Positions 62,030 to 64,000 of a stretch of DNA of 64,000 nucleotides are shown in pieces; position 1 is the first letter of the stretch; each line of letters starts with the position of its first letter. A model generated the notes under the pieces. That model had not been told where the DNA came from. It worked only from the letters and a program-made list of their open reading frames with translations, and did no database searches. Both the position numbers and the translations under genes were made by a program. This DNA comes from an uncultured Clostridia bacterium (GTDB lineage: Bacteria > Bacillota > Clostridia > Oscillospirales > Ruminococcaceae), in NCBI GenBank assembly GCA_944382875.1, contig CALWNQ010000045.1, forward strand, positions 13,275 through 77,274, given 5' to 3'.

Positions 62030-63061
62030 TTAGCTGAGCACCGAAAAAGTATATCCCTGTTCCCTTGCGCAGTCGATAAAGTCACCTAAAATGGCGGCAT
62101 TATCAGGGGAGACAGCGTGAAGCAGGTAGATAGCGCCGGGATGGAGAGCCTTGGTAATTTTGGGGAGTGCTTTGTCGGGGCCCATCTGGTTGTTGGGATC
62201 CCAGTCGGCATAGGCATAGCTCCAGAAAATGGACTTGTAGCCCAGCTGTTGTGCAATGGCAAGAGTTCGCTCGGAAAATTCCCCTGCGGGCGGACGGAAG
62301 AGCGTCATGGTGTAGTCAAACTGTTCCTCCATTGTTTTGTGGAGGTTTAAAATTTCCTGTTCACATCTTTCGACTGACTGATCCGGCATACACGGATGGG
62401 TATCCGAATGGTTGCCGATCACATGGCCGTCGTCGATCATCCGCTGGACCAGCTCGGGCTGCCGCTCGACATAGTCGGAGATGACAAAAAAGACCGCTTG
62501 GACGCCTTTTTCTTTTAAGGTGTCTAAGATCGGGGTGGTACAGCCGTTTTCATAGCCGCAGTCAAAAGTGAGGTAGATGGTTGGTTCTTCCTCGCCGATA
62601 AAGAGCGCGTCATATTTGCCGTATTTTTCCTGAAACTGAAGAGAAGCTTCGGGGCGGTTCTTGTCATCCAGCCGCACGCCCTGTCCCCAGCCCTGTTTGG
62701 TATTGTCCAGGGCAGATAGGTCGTAGGCGGGAACCGAAAGTTCGGTTTGGGCAGCCGGCTCGGATGTATCCGAAGGCGCGCCGGAAGTAGGCGCGCTTTC
62801 GGAGGACATGTCGTCATCCCGCTTTTCTTCAGAAGATTCCCGGTCGGATTCTTCTTTGCTCATATCGTCCGAAGCGTCGGACTGCATATCGGACCAGTCG
62901 GAGCTTAAATCAGATTCCGCATCCGAAAGGCCGGAGCTGATATCGCTGGTCAGGTCGGAAACGCCGCTCCCGATATCGGAAACACCGTCGTTGACCATAT
63001 TGCAGCTGGAAAACAGCATGGCGGCAGCAAGTCCCGCACAGAGTAAAATACGTTTGGTCAT
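62030..63061 (-). CDS. Polysaccharide deacetylase-family lipoprotein (PdaA-like) with a Ser/Asp-rich linker
   Basis: Lipobox LFSSC after MTKRILLCAGLAAAM. About 100 aa of S/D/E-rich low complexity. NodB core (TFDCGYENG, GNHSDTHP, LFRPPAGEF, LLHAVS). Start at ATG 63061 behind AGGAG. Confidence 0.8.
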   Translation of the reverse strand: MTKRILLCAGLAAAMLFSSCNMVNDGVSDIGSGVSDLTSDISSGLSDAESDLSSDWSDMQSDASDDMSKEESDRESSEEKRDDDMSSESAPTSGAPSDTSEPAAQTELSVPAYDLSALDNTKQGWGQGVRLDDKNRPEASLQFQEKYGKYDALFIGEEEPTIYLTFDCGYENGCTTPILDTLKEKGVQAVFFVISDYVERQPELVQRMIDDGHVIGNHSDTHPCMPDQSVERCEQEILNLHKTMEEQFDYTMTLFRPPAGEFSERTLAIAQQLGYKSIFWSYAYADWDPNNQMGPDKALPKITKALHPGAIYLLHAVSPDNAAILGDFIDCAREQGYTFSVLS

Positions 63062-63173
63062 GTGGAACACTCCTTTTTTGAGTTGGAGAAAACCGGGAAG
63101 TAATCCGCAGCGGATTCTCCCGGCACGGATAGCATGTGCAGCAAACGGCGCGGTATGAGAGGTGAATTTTTCC

Positions 63174-63211
63174 AAAAAACAAAAACGCCTTCCGGCCGGG
63201 ACCGGAAAGCG
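63174..63211 (-). terminator. Intrinsic terminator between the XRE regulator and the deacetylase gene
   Basis: On the minus strand, CGCTTTCCGG-N6-CCGGAAGGCG is followed by TTTTTGTTTTTTGG. Confidence 0.6.
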
Positions 63212-63221
63212 CCGGCAACAA

Positions 63222-63911
63222 TTACCGGTTCATTTTGTGCTCGCTGTTTTTAATCAGATTTAAAAGGGAAGAGGTATACTGCGGATATGTTTGGGCCAAA
63301 CTCTCGGAAGTGAGGGCAAGCTCTTCCCGCGCTTCGGCAGAAATGATTTTATTTCCGGCCGAGCCATCGGCAACAGCCATCGCGTCGGCTTCGGTTTCCA
63401 CCATGGCGGCGATGGCGCGGGAGGTGGAAAGATGCGGCGGAACGTGGAAAAAGTTCTGGTCATTTTTATGATTGACGCTGTATACCACCCGGAACATCCG
63501 GTAGACGCTCAGCATCAGGAAATCCGAAACGCTGCGGGTAAGCTCGGTACAGTTTAACCGCTGCAAAAGGTCAAACAGAATATTGAGCGAATGAAAGATC
63601 AGCTTTTTGTTCAGAGTGGGAAGGATACTGCCGCGGAGACGGTTGCCCTTTTCGGCATTTTCCGCTTCGGGCAAATCCTCTACCGAAAGGGTAGCGCCGG
63701 TGCGTTCCGGCGAACGTCCCAGCAGGTAATCACAGGAAACGTGATAATAATCGGCGGCACGAACCACAAAATCAAGCCCACATTCGCGGATGCCTTTTTC
63801 GTAGTGAGAAAGCAAAGCCTGCGAAATGCCCAGTTCAGAAGCAGCCTCTTTTTGGCTGATGCCGCGCTCCTTACGCAGCAATGATAGTATTCTCGGAAAA
63901 TCAGCGTTCAT
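63222..63911 (-). CDS. XRE-family HTH transcriptional regulator with a C-terminal domain of unknown function
   Basis: About 229 aa. HTH segment ILSLLRKERGISQKEAASELGISQALLSHYEKGIRE. Start at ATG 63911. Confidence 0.75.
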   Translation of the reverse strand: MNADFPRILSLLRKERGISQKEAASELGISQALLSHYEKGIRECGLDFVVRAADYYHVSCDYLLGRSPERTGATLSVEDLPEAENAEKGNRLRGSILPTLNKKLIFHSLNILFDLLQRLNCTELTRSVSDFLMLSVYRMFRVVYSVNHKNDQNFFHVPPHLSTSRAIAAMVETEADAMAVADGSAGNKIISAEAREELALTSESLAQTYPQYTSSLLNLIKNSEHKMNR

Positions 63912-64000
63912 AAATCCGGTATCCCCTTTTATCCAATGCTGCGGCACAAAAATCACTGTGCGCGGCAGAAAGTGTAAAATAAAAAACCATTATCCTTTCA

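Noticed and set aside
61972-62037. 21-codon ORF MKKLLLCIIFCRESCYKWQVS in the AT-rich gap after the loader gene.
   Set aside because: The only purine-rich stretch (GGAAA) is 2 nt from the ATG, which is too close for an RBS. The ORF runs into the 3' end of the convergent deacetylase gene, and there is no supporting signal.

Overview
This 64-kb window looks like core chromosome from a high-GC Firmicute. The Clostridia/Oscillospirales placement is inferred from GGAGG-type RBSs, the MreB and DnaD/DnaI-type loader genes, and overall gene content. I support 55 protein-coding genes and found no rRNA, tRNA, CRISPR array, transposase or integrase. Conserved blocks: rlmB, murD, two M42 peptidases, ynbB-like (135-8396); a FucI-family isomerase, mutarotase, LacI and xylulokinase pentose cluster (10142-15461); mreB; eda-kdgK; galT-galK with a divergent AraC regulator; and rpoB-rpoC-rpsL-rpsG-fusA-tuf (44157-56123) followed by gdhA and a DnaD-like/DnaC-like loader pair. 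The loci most worth a second look: (1) a nine-gene minus-strand polyamine operon (21348-28694). It joins speD, speA, speE and speB to the aspartate-semialdehyde-dependent carboxy(nor)spermidine dehydrogenase/decarboxylase pair. It also carries an AT-richer orphan ORF and a translationally coupled Zn-ribbon/PH-domain pair. A roughly 235-nt leader containing an intrinsic terminator precedes it. (2) An operon in which three uroporphyrinogen-decarboxylase/MT2-methyltransferase-like paralogs flank a cytoplasmic GH38 alpha-mannosidase, with no corrinoid protein in the window. (3) A 460-bp AT-rich gene-free island (9632-10092) with TTCCG motifs phased at about 11 bp, inverted repeats and DnaA-box-like 9-mers. 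(4) A P-type-ATPase-like membrane protein that has lost every catalytic motif and carries a long Pro/Lys/Glu-rich tail. All family calls rest on motif recognition by eye; no database search was run. The many long antisense ORFs are treated as codon-bias shadows.
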